Source: Vulcanimicrobiota bacterium (GTDB taxonomy: Bacteria; Vulcanimicrobiota; Xenobia; Xenobiales; JADMJV01). Taken from it: a DNA stretch of 64,000 nt. The translations under genes were made by a program, and so were the position numbers. The stretch covers positions 2,564-66,563 of the forward strand of contig JBAYRN010000011.1 in NCBI GenBank assembly GCA_041676625.1. Direction: 5' to 3'. The notes under the pieces were generated by a model. It saw only the letters and a list, made by a program, of their open reading frames with translations. It was not told the DNA's origin and did no database searches. This document shows positions 8,632 to 16,716 of the stretch, in pieces (position 1 is the first letter of the stretch; each line of letters opens with the position of its first letter).

Positions 8632-8723
8632 AAGCAAAAAGAGTTCTTGGACAGGGGCGTTAGCTAGATACGCCTGACGTTTCGCCTCCAGCGTACAGCG
8701 CCTCACGTATGAAGTCTTCCGCC

Positions 8724-10451
8724 TTAACGATCTTCTCGATCTTGGGTGCGATGTAAATCATTGGACAATACTTTCCTCCCGGTTCGGTATGCTGAGAGCA
8801 GGTCATTTATCACCAGTTGGATGGTTTCCTTCCAACTCCGGTTCGATCGAATTTTGGTCAGCGCTCGACCAAAAGTTCTCGTGCTCAGTCGTGCGCTGCC
8901 CAGCATGCTTTCCCCCGGGCAAAGCAGGTGCAGCAACGGCTTCACGAAGATATTCTGGCGGATGTACTCACCGCTCAGGATGGCCCGCCCCAGTCGTCTC
9001 CGGAGCGAGGTGAGGAGATCGCCGGAAGGAGCCATCGCCTCCGGCTGGCCGGCTAAGCCGTTGGAGTGAACCATGAAAAAGGCCAGCCGCCCCAGGGAGG
9101 TGGGATCTTGTCGCAGTTGAGCGTGGAGGTCGGGGCGTTCTTCCAGGTGCACCGCCAGACCCAGCAGGTTTTCAAAGTCGCTTTCTTTCCACTCACAGAG
9201 CCGTTCGCTCAGGGTGGAAGCTTTCGGCGTTTCTTCGGCTCCTTCATCCAGGAGTTGCCAGAACAACTCCGGTGCGTAACCTGCCAATAGCTCGCGCTTT
9301 TGCTTGACCCTGGACGACAGCCCGTTGCGGGAGACTATTTTGGCCAGGCGGTACCAGTCTACGTCGGCTCGATTCAGGATCTGTTCGATGGCCCGCCGAT
9401 GATTCTCGGCGTCCTTGTCCACAACAAGGAAGAGTACCCTGTTGGCCTCTGTGGTGTTGACGGCGTCACGATTCCAGCTCTCGCCTCGGGCCACCCGCCA
9501 GACTTGCCGTTGGGCCAGTCGCAGGGCCACCTGTTCAGGTTCAGAAAGCTTTTGCCGGAGCACCTCGACGGCCTTCGGGTTGCCGCAGATCTCTCGGCAG
9601 AGCTGGCACATCCCGGAATAATGGGATTGGGAGCCAAAATCGCGAAACTCCGGAGTGGACTGCAGCACCCGCTTTAGCTCCATGGGTCCGGAAAGCCGGA
9701 TGGTTTCCAGGATCGGGTCGCTCTGGTGCCGCTCCAGCAACTCACTGATGGGGCCTTCTTTCAGGTGGCCCAGGAGCAGGGCCGAGTGTCGGGGCTCGAA
9801 ATAGGCCGGCCCGTTGCAGGCGGCTACCCTTCCGTCGTCGCACACGGTGGGCTGCTCACAGCCGCTGCAGAAGCCTTCGAGCTGGCCTCTGAGATCCTCG
9901 TTCAGGCCTTGGGCGAACCCCACCGGCTGCACGTCGTAAAAGCGAAAGGCAGCATTTTCGTAGGGAGTGAAGGGAGCCAGCAGTTCTTCCAGTTCGTGGT
10001 CGTCGGCGGTGCGGGTGATGTTGATATTGACGATCCACTGCTCCCGGCGCGCCACCTCCAAGATGTTGCAGACCGGATCGGGGCCCATGAACTTGGCGTG
10101 AAAGCGGTCGTAACTGATGGCCAGCCGCACCAGGCCGTGTTTGACCATCTGGTGGAAGAAGTCTCGGGCGCGCTCGGGCTTCTTCCCCCAGAAACCGTTG
10201 CTGACGATGGCGGTGGTGATCCCGTAGCGGGTGTGGGCAAGCTCCATGAGCTCAAAGAGTAGTCGGTGCCGGATCAACGGCTCACCCCCCGTAAACTGGA
10301 GCCTTCGGACTCCCGCTTCTCCCAACTCCATCACCAGTCGCCGTAGCTCCTCGGGCGAGGGCTCGGTGGTGATCCCAGGGTGGCTCTCGACGCTGCAGTG
10401 CCGGCAGCTCATGTTGCACTTTCGGGTCAGCATGACCACGGCGTTACTCAT
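8724..10451 (-). CDS. Radical SAM enzyme with a SPASM/twitch-like auxiliary Cys cluster region and a ~250-aa C-terminal extension
   Basis: CNMSCRHC (CX3CX2C) at residues 12-19 and FTGGEPL. The Cys-rich auxiliary region reads CSGC-x5-C-x7-C ... CQLCREIC. Total length is 575 aa. ATGA overlap with the upstream kinase-like gene. Confidence 0.85.
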   Translation of the reverse strand: MSNAVVMLTRKCNMSCRHCSVESHPGITTEPSPEELRRLVMELGEAGVRRLQFTGGEPLIRHRLLFELMELAHTRYGITTAIVSNGFWGKKPERARDFFHQMVKHGLVRLAISYDRFHAKFMGPDPVCNILEVARREQWIVNINITRTADDHELEELLAPFTPYENAAFRFYDVQPVGFAQGLNEDLRGQLEGFCSGCEQPTVCDDGRVAACNGPAYFEPRHSALLLGHLKEGPISELLERHQSDPILETIRLSGPMELKRVLQSTPEFRDFGSQSHYSGMCQLCREICGNPKAVEVLRQKLSEPEQVALRLAQRQVWRVARGESWNRDAVNTTEANRVLFLVVDKDAENHRRAIEQILNRADVDWYRLAKIVSRNGLSSRVKQKRELLAGYAPELFWQLLDEGAEETPKASTLSERLCEWKESDFENLLGLAVHLEERPDLHAQLRQDPTSLGRLAFFMVHSNGLAGQPEAMAPSGDLLTSLRRRLGRAILSGEYIRQNIFVKPLLHLLCPGESMLGSARLSTRTFGRALTKIRSNRSWKETIQLVINDLLSAYRTGRKVLSNDLHRTQDREDR

Positions 10452-11272
10452 AGCTTGGAGATCCTTTCGCCTTGGACGGCCAGGGAGGCCCGGCCCATTC
10501 GGTAGCAGCGGATGGCAGCCAGACGACCGGTCAGACGGGCCAGCCCTCCACCGATACCGTGAATTCGATAGCAGTTGGTCTGGGTCAGGATCTCCAGGGT
10601 TGCACTTGCGCTATCCATGGGTTCGAGAGGACCCTCCTCACAGCCCAGCAAAATGAGGTTCTTTAAGGGGACCGGCTCTGGCTCGACGACGGGTTGAAAC
10701 AGCACCGTACCGTCGTGGCGCACCTGAAAGTGGGAATGAGGCGGTAGTTTATCGGGCAAGACATCGGGCAGAAGCTCGCCGGCGGTTGGTCGAAGTCGAA
10801 CCCGTCGGGGCACCGGTCGGACCAGGACCCCGGACTGAAACCAGAATCCGTCATCCGCCAGGAGTTGCCAGCCCCGGGTCCAGAGATAGGTGGAGAGAGT
10901 CGATTTCCCGGTCTCCTTGGGGCCCACCAGGGCCAGACCCTCGCCCTCTTTGCAGAGCAGAGCGCCGTGGACGTATATGGGAGAGTCGGGGCGTCCCGAC
11001 AATACGGCTACCGACTGAAACTCCACGTTCAAGAGGGCGGTATCCAGATCGCTGTAGACCTCGCTGCTCAGGACAAAATCGGGAGTCAGCGGCGCATAGT
11101 TGGAGGGGGGCACGAGCCGGTAGCCATCTGCCTCTTTCAGAATTTCCCACGAAAAGTCGGGATTCCGCTCCGGTACATTCCAGGCGGAAAACATCTCCCG
11201 GGCTCGCTTTTCCACTTCTCTGTGAGCGGAGTGGAGGGCGAACGTGGCTTCTGGCTGCCCCCACAAAACCAT
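10448..11272 (-). CDS. HPr kinase/phosphorylase-related P-loop protein (HprK-related kinase, B-type by context)
   Basis: VHGALLCKEGEGLALVGPKETGKSTLSTYLWTRGWQLLADDGFWF parallels the HprK core (HG.L....G.G.L..G.SG.GKS....L...G..L..DD). Its start overlaps the PqqD stop by 1 nt. Confidence 0.75.
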   Translation of the reverse strand: MVLWGQPEATFALHSAHREVEKRAREMFSAWNVPERNPDFSWEILKEADGYRLVPPSNYAPLTPDFVLSSEVYSDLDTALLNVEFQSVAVLSGRPDSPIYVHGALLCKEGEGLALVGPKETGKSTLSTYLWTRGWQLLADDGFWFQSGVLVRPVPRRVRLRPTAGELLPDVLPDKLPPHSHFQVRHDGTVLFQPVVEPEPVPLKNLILLGCEEGPLEPMDSASATLEILTQTNCYRIHGIGGGLARLTGRLAAIRCYRMGRASLAVQGERISKL

Positions 11273-11541
11273 CAGGGTTGGATCAGCTCGTTCTGGCTCA
11301 GTTCCTGGAGATAGCTATCGATATCTCCGGCGAGCCTTTCTTTTTCTACATCGGGATGACGCTCGGCCATTTGTGCAACCAGCCAGTCTCGGCTACGGGG
11401 CGTTTCCAGTTGCTCCCAGATCCAGGTGCCGGTGGGGTTGAGGACGATAGAATTCTTGGTGCCTTTGTGGAAAAGTACTACTCTCTCTCCACTGGGGTGG
11501 GTCTCGGCTTCAGGGTGCCGCTGGATGAGTTGACTGCTCAT
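11272..11541 (-). CDS. PqqD-family peptide-binding protein (RRE-like)
   Basis: 89 aa: ERVVLFHKGTKNSIVLNPTGTWIWEQLETPRSRDWLVAQMAERHPDVEKERLAGDIDSYLQELSQNELI, which fits the PqqD/RRE pattern. The ATG at 11541 forms an ATGA overlap with the upstream gene. Confidence 0.75.
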   Translation of the reverse strand: MSSQLIQRHPEAETHPSGERVVLFHKGTKNSIVLNPTGTWIWEQLETPRSRDWLVAQMAERHPDVEKERLAGDIDSYLQELSQNELIQP

Positions 11542-12590
11542 ACTCGTTTCAGTCCTTTCAAGAGGAATTCGCCCAGGACTCGGGCGGGACGAAGGGCATA
11601 ATACACAAACCACAGTTGGGAGGGAAGATCGATGAGCCTCAGGTCATGAATTTGAGGGGTAAACCAGGTGTATAAAAGCAGCTTTAGGCGCTGCTGGACA
11701 TTTGATTGGCACTGGTATTGAAAGCGATGGTATTGGGGCCAGGAGAGTCGTTCTCCCTTGAGTCTGCTCAGGCTGTCTCCCAACAGAGAAGGCATCGGTT
11801 CGATGGGCTGGCCGGTCCCCCAAAGCTGCTCGAGAAGGCCTAGGGCCAGGCCCAGCGCACGTTCACACTTTTGAACCCTGGCAAAGAGCTCTGTTTGAGC
11901 TAGATCTATTCGGGAGTGCAACGCTTTGAGATCGTAAAGCCAGCGCAGTTGACTCCAGTAGTGCTTTGTTCCGTGCAGGGCCAGGTAGACGAAGAGGTGT
12001 TCGGCCCGAAAGGTGGGCACAGGATACCCCTGAATCTCAATGGCTTCGGAAGCCTCCCAGATACACTCCGTTGGGAAATGCACCCCGCCGGAAAATAGTT
12101 GGTAATGGAGATCGATGGTCAGGTTCTTTGCTTGGTTGCAGAGTGGTACTCCGTAATGAAACTTCGTATAGCAGCGAGGAAGGTTTTCCATTTCATATTG
12201 GAATCCAAAACCTAGTAAAAGGATAAGTGAACGCTGAAAATCTTCCGGTCTCACAAGGAGATCTATGTCGATGCACTCCCGCCCCGTAACCCGCCCGTGC
12301 GCCAATTGCGCCAGGGTGAGCCCTTTGAAACTCAGAACCTCGATCCCGTTCTCCTGAAAGAGTTTGACCAATTCCACCAGTTGCCCGGCCCGGTGGATCT
12401 CCGAGAGCGAGCGCATCGTGACTTCAGAAGAGAGTTCGGCCTGGACCTCCGGAGGCAACCCTGGAGTGTTGGCCAGGGGGAGGAGAAGTTTGTGACGACG
12501 AGCCAGTGCTATCAGGTCCGGCCAATCGTCGACTTCCTGAGGTCGTGGTGCGGGTCCCATCATGTTTACCAGGGTGTCGAAGGTCTTCAT
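11538..12590 (-). CDS. Nucleotidyltransferase-family protein (PF14907-like)
   Basis: 350 aa: DWPDLIALARRHKLLLPL.., IEVLSFKGLTLAQLAHGRVTGRECIDIDLLVRPEDF.., ALHGTKHYWSQLRWLYD. Matches the uncharacterised NTase family seen next to HprK-like kinases. First gene of the operon. Confidence 0.7.
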   Translation of the reverse strand: MKTFDTLVNMMGPAPRPQEVDDWPDLIALARRHKLLLPLANTPGLPPEVQAELSSEVTMRSLSEIHRAGQLVELVKLFQENGIEVLSFKGLTLAQLAHGRVTGRECIDIDLLVRPEDFQRSLILLLGFGFQYEMENLPRCYTKFHYGVPLCNQAKNLTIDLHYQLFSGGVHFPTECIWEASEAIEIQGYPVPTFRAEHLFVYLALHGTKHYWSQLRWLYDLKALHSRIDLAQTELFARVQKCERALGLALGLLEQLWGTGQPIEPMPSLLGDSLSRLKGERLSWPQYHRFQYQCQSNVQQRLKLLLYTWFTPQIHDLRLIDLPSQLWFVYYALRPARVLGEFLLKGLKRV

Positions 12591-12678
12591 CCGCCCCGGG
12601 CTTGATGACCGACAACCAAAATCCTTTCAACACGACACAGTCAAGGGCTCCCCGGATGAATCTCGAAGGTGCTGGTCA

Positions 12679-14157
12679 GTGACCGTTCGGAAACCTTCTC
12701 TACTGCTTCTCGCCGCTGGTTTTAATCTGGTACTGATTCAACTGCTGATCGTGCGGGAGCTCTCCATCACCCTCTTTTGCACGGAACTGGTGGTCATGCT
12801 GGTCACCCTGGGCTATTTCTCCGGACATCTGCTGGGCTACGCCTTGTATCATAAGGTCTCGGAAAGGGCCACCCGGGCCTGGCTGATCTTTTCGCTCCTG
12901 TTTCATCTGCCGGCGGTGCCGGCGGTGCGGATTCTCAGCGCCTGGCTCGCCGAGCACAACCACGTGGGGCTTGCACGGGTAGCGGTTTTTCTCTTTTGCT
13001 CACTTTTCTTGACCAGCTTCTACGCTATCTTCCTACCCCGCATCATCGACTCCATGGAAGACCGTGGGGTCGCGCTGGCCGGTGCCTATCGCGCAGAGTT
13101 GGCTGGAGGGGGGATGGCTTTGTTGTGCGGGGCTGTGGCCGGGGCCCGATTTCTGGAAGCCGCGGCGGTGAGCTATTTGTTTGCACTTTTGGTCATTGGG
13201 TGGAGCCTGAAGTTCTCCCTGCGAGGGCTGACTTTTCTGGCTGTTCTCGCGGGATTGGTATTAGCGCGCCTACCTCAGTTCGACCAGTACAGCAGCAACT
13301 ACTTCTACAACCATTACTACGGCTGGTTCGAGCAGGCTCGGGTTATTCACAGTGAACACACGCCTTATCAAAAGATCGAGGTGGTGGAAGAGAGAAATGG
13401 GGAGCGGTACCTGTATCTCAACGGACTGGAATACTTCGGTGCCGGCTCTCTGGAGCTTTTCAACTACTATCTCAGCGGGGTGCCTGGAAGGATCAAGCCC
13501 GGGGCCCGGGTGCTGATCGTGGGGAGCGGTTCCATGTCGTCATTGAACCATCTGGCTCCCAGCGTCTCGTCCATCACCACCGTGGAGATCGATCGCCGGG
13601 TGGCCGAAGTGGGTCGCGAGTATTTTGCCGAATTCAACAGGCTCGAGGAACTCAAGGTCCCGTGGAATCTGGTGATCGACGACGCCAAGCACTACCTCGC
13701 CAACACCACCGAGACCTACGACCTCATCATCGTAGACATTCCGGCCCCTTACTACCTGCAGACGGGGATGTTGTTCACTCGCGAGTTTTACCAACTGGTC
13801 GAGGACCGGCTCTCCTCGGGTGGGTTGCTGTCTATCTATCTCCCCGAGTTTTACATACCGGGGTCGGAGGAGGGAAAAATTGCCCGCCCGATCCTGGCGG
13901 CGGTGGGTGTGGTCTTCGAAGAGTTTCTAGTGATCAACGCCGATGACGCCGAGCGATCTTTCGTTTTGGCCGGCTCTCCTCTGAAGTTTGAATTGAAAGG
14001 CTTGCTGGACGCCATCAATCACCAGGGTCGGAGAAAGTTTCAGCTTCTTTCCCACGGGCACGAAGCGGTGGCTGAAGACCTGGCCGGGGTAGAGCCTGCT
14101 TCCTTTAATAATCTGAGGGTGGTTTGGGAGCTCACCTGGTGGGCGGCTCGACAATGA
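12679..14157 (+). CDS. Membrane-fused spermidine-synthase-like aminopropyl/methyltransferase-fold protein
   Basis: About 6-7 N-terminal TM helices, then VLIVGSGSMSS, TTVEIDRRVAEVGREYF, DDAKHYL and DLIIVDIPAP (spermidine synthase fold). I prefer the GTG at 12679 (GAAGGTG upstream). The track start 12562 would overlap the divergent gene. Confidence 0.65.
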   Translation: MTVRKPSLLLLAAGFNLVLIQLLIVRELSITLFCTELVVMLVTLGYFSGHLLGYALYHKVSERATRAWLIFSLLFHLPAVPAVRILSAWLAEHNHVGLARVAVFLFCSLFLTSFYAIFLPRIIDSMEDRGVALAGAYRAELAGGGMALLCGAVAGARFLEAAAVSYLFALLVIGWSLKFSLRGLTFLAVLAGLVLARLPQFDQYSSNYFYNHYYGWFEQARVIHSEHTPYQKIEVVEERNGERYLYLNGLEYFGAGSLELFNYYLSGVPGRIKPGARVLIVGSGSMSSLNHLAPSVSSITTVEIDRRVAEVGREYFAEFNRLEELKVPWNLVIDDAKHYLANTTETYDLIIVDIPAPYYLQTGMLFTREFYQLVEDRLSSGGLLSIYLPEFYIPGSEEGKIARPILAAVGVVFEEFLVINADDAERSFVLAGSPLKFELKGLLDAINHQGRRKFQLLSHGHEAVAEDLAGVEPASFNNLRVVWELTWWAARQ

Positions 14158-14636
14158 AGCGAGTTTATCCCTATTTGGTCGGTTTCTGGCTCGCCTGTCT
14201 GCAGACATCCCTCTTCTTTGTCCTGCAGATTTCCCTCTCGTCGGCATTCTTGAGCTACGGGGTTTTGCTCTTCGGTTGGCTACTGGGCTCGGCGGTGGGG
14301 GTTTCGCTAACTCCGAGGCAGGCTCGTTTGTGGTTGGTCGTCAGCGCGCTTTGCCCCTACGGCCTGTACGGGGTCTTGCATTTCTTCCCTTACCGACTGG
14401 AGGCCCTGCCGTTGGTGGGCCTGCTGATAGTCCTCTGCTCCATTTTCGCCGGAGTCTTTTTTCAGGCGGAAAAGTCTCGCTTTGAGAAGATTGGGAGGCT
14501 ATTGTTTTGGGAAACGGCCGGCTTTTGTAGCGGACTGGTCGCGGCCCTGGCCGTACTACTTTTTCTAGGAGGCCTCACCTTGGCCGCCTGGAGCCCGGCG
14601 GGCGGATTGTTGCTCCTGGTATTCCACCGGAGGTAG
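14154..14636 (+). CDS. Small polytopic membrane protein (about 5 TM), coupled to the preceding gene
   Basis: MKRVYPYLVGFWLACLQTSLFFVL.. The ATG at 14154 forms an ATGA overlap with the upstream stop. Confidence 0.55.
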   Translation: MKRVYPYLVGFWLACLQTSLFFVLQISLSSAFLSYGVLLFGWLLGSAVGVSLTPRQARLWLVVSALCPYGLYGVLHFFPYRLEALPLVGLLIVLCSIFAGVFFQAEKSRFEKIGRLLFWETAGFCSGLVAALAVLLFLGGLTLAAWSPAGGLLLLVFHRR

Positions 14637-14697
14637 CCTGTAGGTGGATGGATTGTTTCTTTTGATGTGCTATCCTTCAGGGTGGGAGAATTGAACA

Positions 14698-16620
14698 GTG
14701 TCCACTATGCTCAGGAAAAAAGGTGTTGCTCTCTTCGTGGTGATGATCACCACGACCGTACTCGCCCTCATGATGGCGACGTTTTTTAAGGCTTACCAAT
14801 CGCACTTCGCACTAACCCGCTCCAGCGTGGCCAGCCAGCGCGCCGCGGCCGCCTGCGACTCCGTTTATCAGTACGTCGTTTATCGGGTGGAGCACGAACG
14901 AAATTGGGGCTCGGAGCCGTTTACCATGAGCGGCACAGGAAACCCCTCCGGGGATCGTTTGAACGTGACGGAGACCATAGGAACTCATCGCTTGACCGGT
15001 TCCATCGAGGCGCTCGACGCGACTTTCGAAGCGGAGGTTTACAACAATTTAACGGATGCCTCTTCGGAATCGGCCAGTTCGATGACCGCGAAAGACACGC
15101 TTCTTTGCCGGATCACCGCCCGCTCAGGAGAGTCCACCCGCCAGGCAGAATTCGTGGTCAGGGTCGCTCCGCTGTTTGACTCCTCGGTGCTCAGCCGCTC
15201 TACCCTCAGGGTGGATGCGGAGACACTTATCATGCGGAGCCTGGATCCCAACCGGAATTTACTGCGAGCCGAGGGCGATATCTACGTACCGGATATTTTG
15301 ACTGGCGCGAATAGTAAGTTCCTGCACCCCGATGACAGTGCCGACGAGCGGGGCATGCTGTGGGCCAAAGGTGACATCTACTCGCTAAGCGGAGGCTCGC
15401 CGGAACTGATCGACGAAGCCGAGGAATTGGCCGACGCTACCGAAAACAGCAATGGCAAGATTGTATCCAAAGCGCTTTCCGATTTTTCCATCTACAACCT
15501 GGAGGAGAGCAATCTCCAACTGCCGGAGAACAACAAGACCGTTCCTCTGGTCAAGGATGGACATGACAAACCCGGCCGCTGGAATTTCGTGCGGCGAAAG
15601 GCCGACGTGGAATTTACCGCGACTTACGCTGCCACCGTATCTCAGACTGATTTAGAAACTACAGAGACCTACAACGAGGCTGTTTGGTTGGACGTACTGG
15701 AGTACTACCCCCCCGATGCCACCGAACCCACCGAAGTTTATCGTGCTGCCAATCGAGTCGAGGATTTGATGGCCCAGGCCGACCAAACGGTGACCGAGCG
15801 AGTCAGCAGCGGCAAGGGCAAGGGGAAAGGTGCTCAGATTACCTCGAAAGGCAAAGGGACTAACACCGAGTTTGAAATCGAGTCAGTGGAGACCAATTCT
15901 ATCGTCTTGCCGGACTACGATGGTCTGGAAGTGACCGTACTCGAGGACGATCAACTGGTCTTCAAGAGCACTGACCCGAACAGCGACGCCAACCTCACCT
16001 TCAACCTTCTTCATCAGACGGTGACCGCCACTAGCGATGCGACCGTGACCATCAACGGTTCGTTCGAGGTGACTTCCGAGACCGATGAGAATGCTTCGAT
16101 CGATGGTATCGCCAACACTCCGCCGCCTATCCTCGATCTGGGATATTCCGCCGACGGTACGGCCAAGGCAGCCCTGGTGGCCAATGGTACTCTGAACATC
16201 GAGAATGGGGTCACCACCGGACTGGGAGCCCTCATCTCCCGAACCGGCGATGTGAGGATTCAACCCATCAACACCGATTCCGTAACCGTGGATGCCGGCG
16301 CGACCGGCAACGGGCTACTGGTTTTCGCCGGTGGCGACGTGGTCTTGAAGAACCCGGACGAAACAGCTCACTGGTTGTTCAAAGGTCTGGTCTACGCTCG
16401 AAACGGAATTCGGATGGAAGGGCACGGACAGGACGCCACCTTCGAAGGGACCATCGTCTCGCTACAGGCGAATGAAGCGGAGGGGGGCGGAGTCAACGGA
16501 ATTGAGTTCGTGGAGAGTGGAAGCATTGAGTTTATCTACAACCCTGAACTCCTCGACGCGTATGTGCGCGAATTGCCCGGAAACCGGATGCAACTCGAGT
16601 TGGTGTACTGGAAGCGGTAA
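14698..16620 (+). CDS. Large exported protein with a PilX-N-like (minor pilin/pseudopilin-associated) N-terminal anchor
   Basis: N-terminus KKGVALFVVMITTTVLALMMATFF...QRAAAACDSVYQY resembles the PilX N-terminal domain. GTG start with GGGAGA 8 nt upstream. The rest is T/S/D/E-rich with no recognised domain. Confidence 0.5.
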   Translation: MSTMLRKKGVALFVVMITTTVLALMMATFFKAYQSHFALTRSSVASQRAAAACDSVYQYVVYRVEHERNWGSEPFTMSGTGNPSGDRLNVTETIGTHRLTGSIEALDATFEAEVYNNLTDASSESASSMTAKDTLLCRITARSGESTRQAEFVVRVAPLFDSSVLSRSTLRVDAETLIMRSLDPNRNLLRAEGDIYVPDILTGANSKFLHPDDSADERGMLWAKGDIYSLSGGSPELIDEAEELADATENSNGKIVSKALSDFSIYNLEESNLQLPENNKTVPLVKDGHDKPGRWNFVRRKADVEFTATYAATVSQTDLETTETYNEAVWLDVLEYYPPDATEPTEVYRAANRVEDLMAQADQTVTERVSSGKGKGKGAQITSKGKGTNTEFEIESVETNSIVLPDYDGLEVTVLEDDQLVFKSTDPNSDANLTFNLLHQTVTATSDATVTINGSFEVTSETDENASIDGIANTPPPILDLGYSADGTAKAALVANGTLNIENGVTTGLGALISRTGDVRIQPINTDSVTVDAGATGNGLLVFAGGDVVLKNPDETAHWLFKGLVYARNGIRMEGHGQDATFEGTIVSLQANEAEGGGVNGIEFVESGSIEFIYNPELLDAYVRELPGNRMQLELVYWKR

Positions 16621-16716
16621 ACTGGAGCCCACTCCGTAACAATTTCGTTAACCCCGGGACGAAGCGGCCCCTAACTGGCATACTAGGTCACCTAGGGAAG
16701 GCTACAGATACTCACT

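Noticed and set aside
8709-8756. 15-codon plus-strand ORF (MKSSALTIFSILGAM) at the 3' end of the radical SAM gene
   Set aside because: It lies antisense to, and overlaps, the rSAM coding end, and has no RBS. It is most likely spurious.
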